Assembly (NCBI GenBank): GCA_963663035.1
Contig: OY760074.1
Span: forward strand, 1,248,001-1,312,000
Origin: Acidobacteriota bacterium
Lineage (GTDB): Bacteria > Acidobacteriota > UBA6911 > RPQK01 > JADFOI01
Direction: 5' to 3'
DNA length: 64,000 bases
Made by a program: the position numbers and the translations under genes. Every line of letters begins with the position of its first letter. Within the stretch, counting starts at the first letter, position 1. The notes beneath the pieces were generated by a model. That model did no database searches. It worked only from the letters and a program-made list of their open reading frames with translations, and was not told the DNA's origin. This document shows, in pieces, positions 16,632-26,090 of this stretch.

Positions 16632-17219
16632 TCATTGCTCAGTTTCCATAAAATAGTAGCCCACCAGATGCTGAATCAGAAAGTGACCCTCTTCAATGTG
16701 TCCCATGTGGGAAGATTCCACAAACACGGGGTAACGTGCTAGTTCACCCAGTTTTCCTCCGGGACGCCCGGTGATACCCACCGTCAAGATGGAATTTTGA
16801 TTGGCCCACTGGACGACTTCCAGCACATTGGGTGAATTGCCGCTGCCACTAAAGGCAATTAGCAAATCCTCCGGCCGGGCATAGTTCTTGAGCTGCTCGA
16901 CGAAGATTTGTGAGTAATCCGTGTCGTTTGCCAGTGCAGTTATCCAGGAGATGTTATCTGTGAGAGCCAGGACACGGAAGCGCTTATCGTGGCCACAGGA
17001 AGCTCCTTTTCCAAGGTCATTGGCAAAATGAGATGCCGTGGTCGCACTCCCCCCGTTACCGCAAAGAAAAATTTGGCGGCCCGCCTCTCGGGCAGCGGAC
17101 AATAGTTCTATCAACTGAGCTACCTCATTCTCAGCAATTTTTTCCAAAGCAGCCAGACTCTTCTCCTTGTAGGATTTGAGAAAATCCGATCGGTCGTTTC
17201 CACTTATTTTCTGGCCCAT
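16632..17219 (-). CDS. gmhA: SIS-domain phosphoheptose isomerase-like protein
   Basis: CGNGGSATTASHFANDL, ALAND..Y..IFVEQL, SGSGNSPNV. Confidence 0.8.
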   Translation of the reverse strand: MGQKISGNDRSDFLKSYKEKSLAALEKIAENEVAQLIELLSAAREAGRQIFLCGNGGSATTASHFANDLGKGASCGHDKRFRVLALTDNISWITALANDTDYSQIFVEQLKNYARPEDLLIAFSGSGNSPNVLEVVQWANQNSILTVGITGRPGGKLGELARYPVFVESSHMGHIEEGHFLIQHLVGYYFMETEQ

Positions 17220-17423
17220 AGACCTTCCTCCTTAATCCTGCTTCTTCACATGCTGCTGTTCCCTTATAACATATACAGCGGCCTGGAAGGGAAGTGAGAC
17301 AGTCATCCACCAGCGGCAGTTCTTCCCTCAGAATATTCTTGATTTCTCCTGTTCTTTAGAGTATTTCCTAATGAGGATGAAGGCAGTGGTATTTTTCAGA
17401 ACATTTGTCAGGAGAGAAGACCG

Positions 17424-17663
17424 ATGACTGATATGGTTGCGGAAATGGAAAAGGGCTGGAATGAGAAAATCATCTTCAGTCTGAGCGATTACAAAGGGAA
17501 AAACTACGCAGATATTCGAATTTATTTCGAAGATGATGAAGGTGCATGGAAGCCCACAAAAAAGGGCATCACGATTGCCCTGGATCGCTTTTCCGAATTC
17601 AAGGAGCGTCTAGGGGAATTGGAAAAATTCCTGACTTCTGAAGGACACCTGCCCGCCGAGTAA
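17424..17663 (+). CDS. PC4/YdbC-family ssDNA-binding protein
   Basis: YKGKNYADIRIYF....WKPTKKGITI. Confidence 0.85.
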   Translation: MTDMVAEMEKGWNEKIIFSLSDYKGKNYADIRIYFEDDEGAWKPTKKGITIALDRFSEFKERLGELEKFLTSEGHLPAE

Positions 17664-17704
17664 CCAAATATAGGCTGTTCCACCAACCCAAAGGAGTGTT
17701 CTAC

Positions 17705-17938
17705 ATGTCGGATAGTGAAATTCTCTGTCGAAACAACGGACCGCTGCGCATTTCAGGAAACTTTGTCATCAAGGATGCTGATGACGGCGTCTTTGATCTT
17801 GCCGGACGCACTGTGATCTCCCTTTGCCGATGTGGCCTCTCCAAAAACAAACCCTTCTGTGATGGCGAGCATAAACGGGAGGGGTTTCAATCAGAGGTAA
17901 AGGCACGCCAGCTGGCGCCACCGGCGCCCAAGGCGTGA
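17705..17938 (+). CDS. CDGSH iron-sulfur domain protein
   Basis: LCRCGLSKNKPFCDGEH. Confidence 0.9.
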   Translation: MSDSEILCRNNGPLRISGNFVIKDADDGVFDLAGRTVISLCRCGLSKNKPFCDGEHKREGFQSEVKARQLAPPAPKA

Positions 17939-18090
17939 GTTAGTGCTGGGGTGAGGGGCGAGGGAAGATCAGGAAGTAAAACTTTACATAATATTTCTTA
18001 TCCGACGTTCCAGGTGTCGCAATTATCTCGTCTTAGCTCAACTGTAGGGCGTCAAACGGTGGGATTTGTTGTCAGTGGTCAGCGTTTCCC

Positions 18091-18576
18091 TCACATCTTG
18101 TACTTCCCCAGATCTTCGGGTCTGAGATTCTCCAGCCACTTTTTGATGTCTTCCTCCTCCAGATGCTCCTTTTCCAGGCTGATGTTGGTGCTGCTGTTGA
18201 TCACCTCTTCGGTGACATAGATAGGAGCGTCGGTTCGCAGAGCCAGAGCGATGGCATCACTGGGACGGCTGTCAATGGTGATGTGATCGCCGTTCAACTG
18301 AATGTGGATGACGGCGAAGAAGGTATTGTCCTGAAGGTCGGTCACGACAATTTTGTCCACGTTGGCATTGAGCTGCAGCAGGACATTTTTGAGAAGGTCA
18401 TGGGTCATGGGCCGGGCGGGTTCGATTCGCTCGATTTGCAGAGCGATGGCATTGGCTTCAAAGATGCCGACCCAGATGGGCAGCAATGTGTTCTTTTCAA
18501 CACCCTGCAGGATCACAATGGGAGACTGGTTGATGGGATCCATCATTAAACCCTTGATTTTAAATTCCCGTTCCAT
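18091..18576 (-). CDS. Bifunctional nuclease family (DUF151) protein
   Basis: LPIWVGIFEANAI, RPMTHDL, IDSRPSDAIALA. Confidence 0.9.
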   Translation of the reverse strand: MEREFKIKGLMMDPINQSPIVILQGVEKNTLLPIWVGIFEANAIALQIERIEPARPMTHDLLKNVLLQLNANVDKIVVTDLQDNTFFAVIHIQLNGDHITIDSRPSDAIALALRTDAPIYVTEEVINSSTNISLEKEHLEEEDIKKWLENLRPEDLGKYKM

Positions 18577-18584
18577 AAGTACTC

Positions 18585-19934
18585 CTACGCGCAGTTTTGC
18601 TGACGGTCAGTGGTTTTTTGACCGACCAGGCTGTTAGGGCCGACATCGGTGATGAAGACCTCAGTGAATGTCCCAGGGAGATCGGTGCCCGGAAAGTTGA
18701 CCACCTTGTTAGTAGATGTTCTCCCAAAGCGGCGCACGCCATCGCGTGCCGTTCCTTCCACCAGCACTTCCAGGTGGCGTCCCAGATAGTGCTCCTGGTG
18801 AAGGCGCAGCTGAATTCCCTTTTGTATCTGTTGTAGCTGCATCAGACGGCGTGTCCTTTCCTCCTCAGGAAGCTCATCCTGCCAATGCTCGGCCGCTGTA
18901 GCAGGACGAGGGGAGTATTTGAAGGAGAACATGGATTCAAACTGCACCTCTTGGACCAGGCTCAGGGTCTGTTGAAAATCCCCTTCGCTCTCGCCGGGAA
19001 AACCCACAATGACGTCCGTGGAGAGAGCGATGGGGCGACCACAATTGCGAAACTTGTCAACCACTTCAAGATAGCGTTCCCTCGTGTACTGGCGCCGCAT
19101 GCGCTTGAGTATAGGTGTGGAACCGGACTGTAGTGGTAGATGCACCTGATTGCAAATCGTTTCCCTTTCGCCGATCACCCGGATGGTGGCGTCGTCGAAC
19201 TCCCGAGGATGGGGTGAAGTAAAGCGAACTCTTCGAACTCCCGGAATCGACGCCACCTGAGACAACAGATCAGCAAACCTGAAGTGCCCATCATGGGGAT
19301 CCTTGTAGCTGTTGACGGTCTGACCCAGGAGCAGGATCTCCACATATCCCTGATCAACGGCTTTTCGGGCTTCATGCAGCACTGCCTGGGCGGGACGGTT
19401 TCTTTCCCGGCCACGAGTAGAAGGAACGATACAGAAGCTGCACTGCTTGTTGCAACCTTCCATGATGGTGATGTTGGCCCGAAAGTCACTTTGACGAATC
19501 ACCTGAGGGATTTCAACCGGAGATGGAGCCGGCAGAAAGTCCGTGGCCACACGAGCGCCGTTCCCTTGCCGTTGCTCGACTTCCTCCAGCAGGTCTGGGA
19601 GGGCGTGATACATGTGAGTGCCCACCACCAGGTCCACGAAAGGCACTTTCTTGGCCATTTCCTCACCTTCCTGCTGGGCCAGGCACCCCAGCACTCCGAT
19701 CCGGAACTGGGGATGTGAGGTCTTGTGTTTCTTGACTTCTCCCAGGCGGCTGTACAGCTTCTGGGCAGCCTTCTCGCGGACGCTGCAGGTATTGAGGAGA
19801 AACAGGTCGGCCTCCTCGAGAGAGTTGACCGCCACCATGCCACGATGAGCCAGCAACCCGGCGATTTTCTCCGAGTCATGCTCATTCATCTGGCAACCGA
19901 AGGTTTCGATGTAAAATCGCTGCAGCATCCTCAC
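18585..19934 (-). CDS. miaB: tRNA-i6A37 methylthiotransferase
   Basis: TFGCQMNEHDSE, NTCSVREKA, GCNKQCSFCIVP, TRAM domain. Confidence 0.95.
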   Translation of the reverse strand: MRMLQRFYIETFGCQMNEHDSEKIAGLLAHRGMVAVNSLEEADLFLLNTCSVREKAAQKLYSRLGEVKKHKTSHPQFRIGVLGCLAQQEGEEMAKKVPFVDLVVGTHMYHALPDLLEEVEQRQGNGARVATDFLPAPSPVEIPQVIRQSDFRANITIMEGCNKQCSFCIVPSTRGRERNRPAQAVLHEARKAVDQGYVEILLLGQTVNSYKDPHDGHFRFADLLSQVASIPGVRRVRFTSPHPREFDDATIRVIGERETICNQVHLPLQSGSTPILKRMRRQYTRERYLEVVDKFRNCGRPIALSTDVIVGFPGESEGDFQQTLSLVQEVQFESMFSFKYSPRPATAAEHWQDELPEEERTRRLMQLQQIQKGIQLRLHQEHYLGRHLEVLVEGTARDGVRRFGRTSTNKVVNFPGTDLPGTFTEVFITDVGPNSLVGQKTTDRQQNCA

Positions 19935-19992
19935 TGCTAGCCATTTTAACGAACTTCAACCGAGGGATACAAGAATAGGAGAGTCTACTCAA

Positions 19993-21675
19993 TCATGAAG
20001 TGACGACGGCCCGACCCCGCTGCAACAGTTCTCGGGCCTGCTTGCGGGTGATTTCTGTCAGGGCCTTCCCCGCCATCATTCTGGAGATCTCCTCCACACG
20101 ATCCTTCTGGTCAAGTGGGGTCAGTTCCACAATCGTGCGTTGAGCACTGGAACGTTTTTCCACATGGAAGTGCTGGGCAGCATAGGAGGCGATTTGGGGA
20201 AGGTGGGTGACGCAGAAGACCTGATGTTGAGTTCCCAGACGAGCCAGTCTCTCTCCGATGCTGGAAGCCACGCTCCCGCCAATTCCAGCATCCACCTCGT
20301 CGAAGACCAGCGTTTTCGAGTAGTCCTCCAGGGTGAGCATCGATTTTAAGGCCAAGACGGTGCGAGACAACTCACCGCCAGAAGCAATTTTCCCAAAAGG
20401 TTTGGGAGCCTCCCCAACATTGGCACTCAGGAGGAACTCAATCTCGTCAATTCCCTGCTCTGTAGCCCGCTCCTCTGCGGTGTTCAAGTGGGCCATGAAG
20501 ACAGCGCTTTCCATGTGCAAATCGGCCAGTTCCCGCTCCACTTGCTGGCTGAGAAGCTGAGCCTTTTGGTGTCTTTCTTTTGAAAGGCGTCGGGCCAGTT
20601 CCAGATATTCCTTCCCTAGCCTCTTCTCCTTCTCCGTTAACTGCTCGATCTGAGTTTCGCTCTGGGAGAGCTCCTGGACCTCCCCCTGGATCTCCTGGAA
20701 ATAGGCCAAAATCTCATCGACAGTGTCACCATATTTTCGTCGAGCCTTTTGAATTTCCGCCAGCCTTTCCTGGACAGCTTCCAGGCGGCCCGGGTCAAAC
20801 TCGATGCCACTGGTGTAGTCGCGCAGCTGGTAGGCAATCTCTTCCAGGGAGTAGCGTAGATCGCTGAGTTTCGCCATCACCGGGTGAAATTGCTGGTCCA
20901 GTCGAGAAAGCTCCTCCAGGTTCTTTGCGGCCTGATGCAGCAAACTCAGTGAAGACTCTTCCCGGTCATAGAGCAGCTGATAGGTTTGCTGCGATGCCTC
21001 GGAACGTTTTTCAGCACTGGCCAGGAGCCCTCGCTTGGCTTCCAACTCCACGTCCAGGCCTGCTTTGAGTTGAAGCTTTTCAATGTCGGCAATTTGAAAA
21101 CGCAGCGTATCGAGCCTTTGCAGCCTTTCCTGCTCGTTAGCCAGCAGCTGCCCCAGTTCTGAACGAACTGCCTGGAGCTGCTGAAAAGAGCTTTTCACAT
21201 CGTCAAGGAGTTGGCCGTGAGCACTAAAGGCGTCCAGAAAACGCAATTGAACACTGGGGCTCAGGAGCAGCTGCTGCTCGTGCTGACCGTGAATGTCGGC
21301 CAAGAGCGTTCCCAGCTGAGCAAGCACCCTCAGCGGACTCAGGACGCCGTTGATAAAGATCTTGTTGGCGCCCGTCAGAGAGATCTCACGGCGGATTATG
21401 ATCTCATCGCTCTCCAGCGGAATCCCCGCTTCAAGAAGATACGAGCGTGCTGGATGTTTTTTGGAGAGGGCGAAGATTCCTTCCAGGCGAGCCTGCTTAA
21501 AGCCCTGTCGAACCATCTCCTGGGAAGCACGCTCCCCCACCAGCAGAGCCACCGCGTCCACCAGAATCGACTTGCCCGATCCAGTCTCGCCCGTGATCAG
21601 GTTCAGCCCTTGTGTGAATTCGACTTCAAGGCGGTCGATTAAAGCGAAATTTTCAACGGACAGGAACTTCAACAT
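19993..21675 (-). CDS. recN: DNA repair protein RecN
   Basis: TGETGSGKS, IHGQHEQ, ASGGELSR, FDEVDAGIGG, VTHLPQIA. Confidence 0.95.
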   Translation of the reverse strand: MLKFLSVENFALIDRLEVEFTQGLNLITGETGSGKSILVDAVALLVGERASQEMVRQGFKQARLEGIFALSKKHPARSYLLEAGIPLESDEIIIRREISLTGANKIFINGVLSPLRVLAQLGTLLADIHGQHEQQLLLSPSVQLRFLDAFSAHGQLLDDVKSSFQQLQAVRSELGQLLANEQERLQRLDTLRFQIADIEKLQLKAGLDVELEAKRGLLASAEKRSEASQQTYQLLYDREESSLSLLHQAAKNLEELSRLDQQFHPVMAKLSDLRYSLEEIAYQLRDYTSGIEFDPGRLEAVQERLAEIQKARRKYGDTVDEILAYFQEIQGEVQELSQSETQIEQLTEKEKRLGKEYLELARRLSKERHQKAQLLSQQVERELADLHMESAVFMAHLNTAEERATEQGIDEIEFLLSANVGEAPKPFGKIASGGELSRTVLALKSMLTLEDYSKTLVFDEVDAGIGGSVASSIGERLARLGTQHQVFCVTHLPQIASYAAQHFHVEKRSSAQRTIVELTPLDQKDRVEEISRMMAGKALTEITRKQARELLQRGRAVVTS

Positions 21676-21831
21676 GGTGGTTCATCAATCTTGCTCCTCT
21701 TTTTACCAAACGACAATGACCTTTCTCTTTCAAGCTGCTCAGCCGGTCATTGGGTCAGGCCATTTGGATAGTCTTTACAGGTGGAGAGTTGTGAGGTCAA
21801 TCGGTTACAATCAAGAAAAGCTGAGTAGGAG

Positions 21832-22554
21832 ATGGTGAGTTTGACTTTTTTTTTAGCCCAGCAGAGCTTTGGCTCTTTTTGGTCACTGGTCACGAGGAGT
21901 GGTCCCATTGCTCAGGGAGTTCTCGTGATTCTTTTGTTTTTCTCTGTCTTTTCCTGGGCCATCATCGTCCGAAAGATTCGCTTCTTCAAGGAGGTGAACC
22001 AGGAGACCCAGGGCTTTTACGAGCGATTTCAAAGTACTGACAGCCTCTCCGAACTCTATAGCGAATGTGAGCTCTATTCTAAATCGCCCCTGGCTGAGAT
22101 TTTCAGAAGCGGCTATGAGGAACTCAATCATCAGATCGAGGCTTCCGATAGCGAAGTCGCTTCAATTCCGTCCACGGGAGGCAAGGGAGCACTCAGAAGT
22201 TTAAATGGGCTGCAGCGGGCTCTTCAAAAAGCGGCCCAGACAGAGATGACGTCACTGGAGGGCTCTTTGTCCTGGCTGGCGACGACCGGGGCTGTGACTC
22301 CCTTTATTGGATTGTTTGGTACAGTGATTGGAATTATCAATGCCTTTCAAGGCCTTGGAGAAGGCGCTTTGACAACCATTCAGGCGGTAGCTCCCGGAAT
22401 CAGCGAGGCCCTGGTGGCTACGGCGGCCGGACTTTTCGCAGCCATTCCCGCTGTCATTGCTTACAACCAGTTTGTCAGTAGGCTTAAAGTGTTTGGTGTC
22501 GAGATGGATAATTTCTCGGCCGAGTTCTTAAACATCATGGAACGCAGTTTCTGA
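21832..22554 (+). CDS. tolQ: TolQ (MotA/TolQ/ExbB family)
   Basis: TPFIGLFGTV.GII.AF, VAPGISEALVATAAGLFAAIPAV; tol-pal context. Confidence 0.9.
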   Translation: MVSLTFFLAQQSFGSFWSLVTRSGPIAQGVLVILLFFSVFSWAIIVRKIRFFKEVNQETQGFYERFQSTDSLSELYSECELYSKSPLAEIFRSGYEELNHQIEASDSEVASIPSTGGKGALRSLNGLQRALQKAAQTEMTSLEGSLSWLATTGAVTPFIGLFGTVIGIINAFQGLGEGALTTIQAVAPGISEALVATAAGLFAAIPAVIAYNQFVSRLKVFGVEMDNFSAEFLNIMERSF

Positions 22555-22564
22555 GTGGACCAAA

Positions 22565-22981
22565 ATGGCATTTGGCAATCTTCTGAATCCCACCCGGCCC
22601 TCTATAGCGGAAATCAACATCACTCCCTTGGTGGATGTGGTCTTGGTTCTGCTCATTATTTTCATGGTCACTGCCCCGATCCTTCAAACTGGAATTGAAG
22701 TGAATCTTCCCGAGACGAGAACGGTTGAGGCCGTCGACCCCGAGCAACTGGCTGTGATTACCATCAGTCGCGATGAGGTGCTCTTTTATCGGTCCAATCC
22801 TGTGAATTTTAATGAGCTGGGGGAATCGCTGAGAGCGGAAATCGGAGACAGCTCGGAAGCGATTTTTCTCCAGGCGGACGAGGATGTGCGTTGGAAAACG
22901 ATTGTGGCTGTGGTCGACGAAATTCGGGTCTCGGGATACAATCGGATTAATTTGGTCACCAAACCCTATCGGGAGAATTAA
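22565..22981 (+). CDS. tolR: TolR (ExbD/TolR family)
   Basis: EINITPLVDVVLVLLIIFMVTAP. Confidence 0.9.
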   Translation: MAFGNLLNPTRPSIAEINITPLVDVVLVLLIIFMVTAPILQTGIEVNLPETRTVEAVDPEQLAVITISRDEVLFYRSNPVNFNELGESLRAEIGDSSEAIFLQADEDVRWKTIVAVVDEIRVSGYNRINLVTKPYREN

Positions 22982-23001
22982 AAATAGTATCTCCAGGCGT
23001 C

Positions 23002-23802
23002 ATGACCTCGCATGTACGGGAAGAAGGATTCCGGGCACCTCTGATCCTGTCGGGGGTGGGCCACGTTCTGCTCTTCCTGTTCTTTCTCTTTGCCGTGGAC
23101 TTGGGTCCCCAGGGTGAACCCCTGGTGGTGGGAGGCGGAGTTGGGGGTGGACTGGGCGGCGACTTTGTGACGGTCGGATTATCCGATGAGCTGAGCGGTG
23201 GTACCGGGATGGTGAAGCCCTCGGTAATTCCCCGCCCTGCGGCGGCACCGCCTTCGCCCAAACCGCCGGAACCCGAGCCTGCGGCTCCCCAGACGGAGGA
23301 AGTCTTCGTTCAAGAGCCCTCCGTCAAGGAGACCGCACGGCCGCCTTCCACGTCCCAGCCGCAGACGGAAATCTCCGCTGAAGTTCCCCCACCTGGACAG
23401 ATCCCCCGCCAGCCCGATCCGGGAAGTGGCGGACCCGGGAGCCAAAGTTTGGGCTCGGAAGGGGGACTTGGTGGAGGACAGGGAGTCACCATTGGTGCGG
23501 GGACCGGCGAAGGGGCCATGGACTCCTGGTATGTACGCCTGGTTGAGCAGCGGGTGGGGCTCAACTGGCTGAAAACCTCGTTAGGTCGACTGGAAACCCC
23601 CGTTCAAACCGTGATCAGCTTTGAGATTCAACCCGATGGGACCATAGACAATGTTCAAATCGAGCAAAGGAGCGGCATCGCAACGGTCGATCTGGCAGCG
23701 GAACGAGCCGTGCAGGCCAGCAATCCCCTCTCCCCTCTGCCTAACGAATTTCGCCACCTGAAGGTGAAGTTTGTTGCTTACTTTGAGTATCCTCCAAAAT
23801 GA
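23002..23802 (+). CDS. TolA/TonB C-terminal domain protein
   Basis: N-terminal TM with SxxxH, Pro/Gly-rich linker, SG...D.AA.RAV....P. Confidence 0.8.
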   Translation: MTSHVREEGFRAPLILSGVGHVLLFLFFLFAVDLGPQGEPLVVGGGVGGGLGGDFVTVGLSDELSGGTGMVKPSVIPRPAAAPPSPKPPEPEPAAPQTEEVFVQEPSVKETARPPSTSQPQTEISAEVPPPGQIPRQPDPGSGGPGSQSLGSEGGLGGGQGVTIGAGTGEGAMDSWYVRLVEQRVGLNWLKTSLGRLETPVQTVISFEIQPDGTIDNVQIEQRSGIATVDLAAERAVQASNPLSPLPNEFRHLKVKFVAYFEYPPK

Positions 23803-23831
23803 GAAAGAAAGAGAGAAGAGAGAATTTCCTA

Positions 23832-25169
23832 ATGAATAAATGGCTTCTGGTCCTTTGCTTGTTTTCCACCAGCTCACTTCTTGAGGCTCAAAGTCTGGAC
23901 GTTGTCATCTATCCGCGCCCCAGAGAGGATACCAAGCTGGCCGTGGTCGACTTCGTGCCCCGCACTGTAGCCACTCAGAGTGTTCAGGCAGCCGTAAGAG
24001 TGTTTAACAGGGTCCTTTGGGATGATCTGGAGTTTTCCGCTTTTTTTGAGTTGCCTTCCAAGAGTTTTTACCCGCTCAAACCCATTCGTTCTCCCATAGA
24101 AGTGAATTTTGACAACTGGCAGGTTCCGACTCTGGACGTCGACTTTCTCATCTTCGGCAATCTTCAGCTGGAGAGTGGTGTATCTGTGGTGGAGGCCTAT
24201 TTATACGACGTCAGGACTCGCGATCAGGTTTTGGGAAAGCGCTACACTATCTCAGACAGTGCCTTGATCCAGTCGGTGGCTCACGAATTTGCCGATCAGG
24301 TGGTTTTCCAGCTCTCTGCCGGCACCAGCCGCGGTGTGGCTCGTGCTAGGATCGCTTTTTCGTCCCTCAAAGGAGACAGTAAGGAAGTCTACGTGATGGA
24401 CTACGATGGAGCCAATCAACAGGTTGTCACGGCCAATGGGGGTTTGAACAAGTTTCCCGAGTGGTCTTCTGATAACTCGAAGCTGGCTTTTATCACCAAT
24501 CTTCCCGAGAGCCGCCGGTGGGAATTGTGGATTCAAGACCTCACGGGTGGGAGAACGGTCTTGCCGATGCCAACTTCCTATGTCTCATCCCCGGCATTTG
24601 CACCCGATGGCATGAGGATCGCCTTTTCTTCGCGGGAGGTCAATGGAATGGATGCGGGCATTTACCTGGCAGATCTTGATGGCGGCAGGCTGAGAAACCT
24701 GAGTAACCACCCCGCCATCGACACTTCTCCCAGCTGGAGTCCAACCGGCCGGCAGATCGCCTTCATCTCTGATCGCTCCGGCTCACCTCAACTGTGGGTC
24801 ATGGATGCTGATGGGTCCAATCTTCAGATACTGGTCACAGAAGGTGGTCACTGCGACAGTCCCAGCTGGTCCCCGGACGGTCGATTGATCACCTATTCCT
24901 GGCAAGCACCCGGGCAGTGGAAGCACGACATCTATGTGATCGAAGTGGCCACCGAGAAGGTTTTTCAGCTGACTTCAGGTCGCGGCAGCAATGAAAGTCC
25001 ACACTGGTCCCCCGATGGCCGTCATATCACCTTTCAAAGCAGTCGAACCGGCTCCAAGCAGATCTTTGTCATGAATGCAGATGGGCGACAGATAAAACAA
25101 GTCACCGCATATGGTATAAACGAGAGTCCCTCGTGGTCAGGCTACCCTGTCACTGATTCTCAGGAGTGA
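23832..25169 (+). CDS. tolB: Tol-Pal beta-propeller protein
   Basis: Signal peptide, TolB-N, repeated P.WSPDG..IAF blades. Confidence 0.9.
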   Translation: MNKWLLVLCLFSTSSLLEAQSLDVVIYPRPREDTKLAVVDFVPRTVATQSVQAAVRVFNRVLWDDLEFSAFFELPSKSFYPLKPIRSPIEVNFDNWQVPTLDVDFLIFGNLQLESGVSVVEAYLYDVRTRDQVLGKRYTISDSALIQSVAHEFADQVVFQLSAGTSRGVARARIAFSSLKGDSKEVYVMDYDGANQQVVTANGGLNKFPEWSSDNSKLAFITNLPESRRWELWIQDLTGGRTVLPMPTSYVSSPAFAPDGMRIAFSSREVNGMDAGIYLADLDGGRLRNLSNHPAIDTSPSWSPTGRQIAFISDRSGSPQLWVMDADGSNLQILVTEGGHCDSPSWSPDGRLITYSWQAPGQWKHDIYVIEVATEKVFQLTSGRGSNESPHWSPDGRHITFQSSRTGSKQIFVMNADGRQIKQVTAYGINESPSWSGYPVTDSQE

Positions 25170-25189
25170 GAGAGGAAGGACCCATTTTG

Positions 25190-25966
25190 ATGCTGCCAGT
25201 TTCTCGTCTGAATCTCATTAGAGTCTTCTGTCTCTTCTTCCTGTTCACCGTTCCGGCTTGCCGGAGTAAGCGTCCTCCCATAGTGGAATTGCCACCTCCT
25301 GTCCCGACCACTGAGACCGAACCCGGGTCTGTGGGCCCAATGCCGACTGTTGCCATCAGCGCCTCACCCAACACCATCGCACGGGGAGAGCAGACGACCT
25401 TGAACTGGGAGTCCACCAATACCCTCTCGCTGGTGATTGACATGGGAGTGGGCAATGTTGCCGAGAGCGGGTCCCTGGTGGTGCTGCCAAGAGAATCGAC
25501 CACCTATACGGCAACAGCAACTGGCCCGGCAGGAGACTCCAGCTCCAGCACACGTGTGACGGTTCTCCCTGCTTCGGCGCGAGGAATCATTAGCTCCACA
25601 GATCTGGAACGGCTGCGCCTGGCCATCGAGGAGGGCGAAGTCAAACCCCTCCTTTTCGAGTATGATCAAGCGCTCATCACCAGCGAGGGAAAGCGCCTGC
25701 TGGAAGAGAACGCCCGTGTGTTTCGCCAGTATCCGGATGCCACAATCATCATTGAAGGCCACTGTGATGAGCGAGGGACCGAAGAATACAATCTGGCATT
25801 AGGGGATCGAAGGGCTCAGATAGTCAAAGCCTATCTGGTCGAGCTGGGGATAGATCCCGTTCGCCTGCAAACACTTTCCTTTGGTGAGGAACGCCCCTTT
25901 GTCCAGGGATATGACGAGGCTGCCTACCGGCTGAACCGCCGCGCTCACTTCGTAGTGAGAAGGTGA
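25190..25966 (+). CDS. pal: Peptidoglycan-associated lipoprotein with an extra Ig-like segment
   Basis: Lipobox VPAC; IEGHCDERGTEEYNLALGDRRA, SFGEERP, NRRAHF. Confidence 0.9.
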   Translation: MLPVSRLNLIRVFCLFFLFTVPACRSKRPPIVELPPPVPTTETEPGSVGPMPTVAISASPNTIARGEQTTLNWESTNTLSLVIDMGVGNVAESGSLVVLPRESTTYTATATGPAGDSSSSTRVTVLPASARGIISSTDLERLRLAIEEGEVKPLLFEYDQALITSEGKRLLEENARVFRQYPDATIIIEGHCDERGTEEYNLALGDRRAQIVKAYLVELGIDPVRLQTLSFGEERPFVQGYDEAAYRLNRRAHFVVRR

Positions 25967-26090
25967 ACCACTGACAACTGACCGCTGACAGCTGACAGGA
26001 TTACTCAAGCCTCTTGCCGTTTCCCATTGTCTTTAACCCCCTTCACGGCGTAACATTGGGCTCAACTGCATTGCAGTGAGGGGGAGTTTC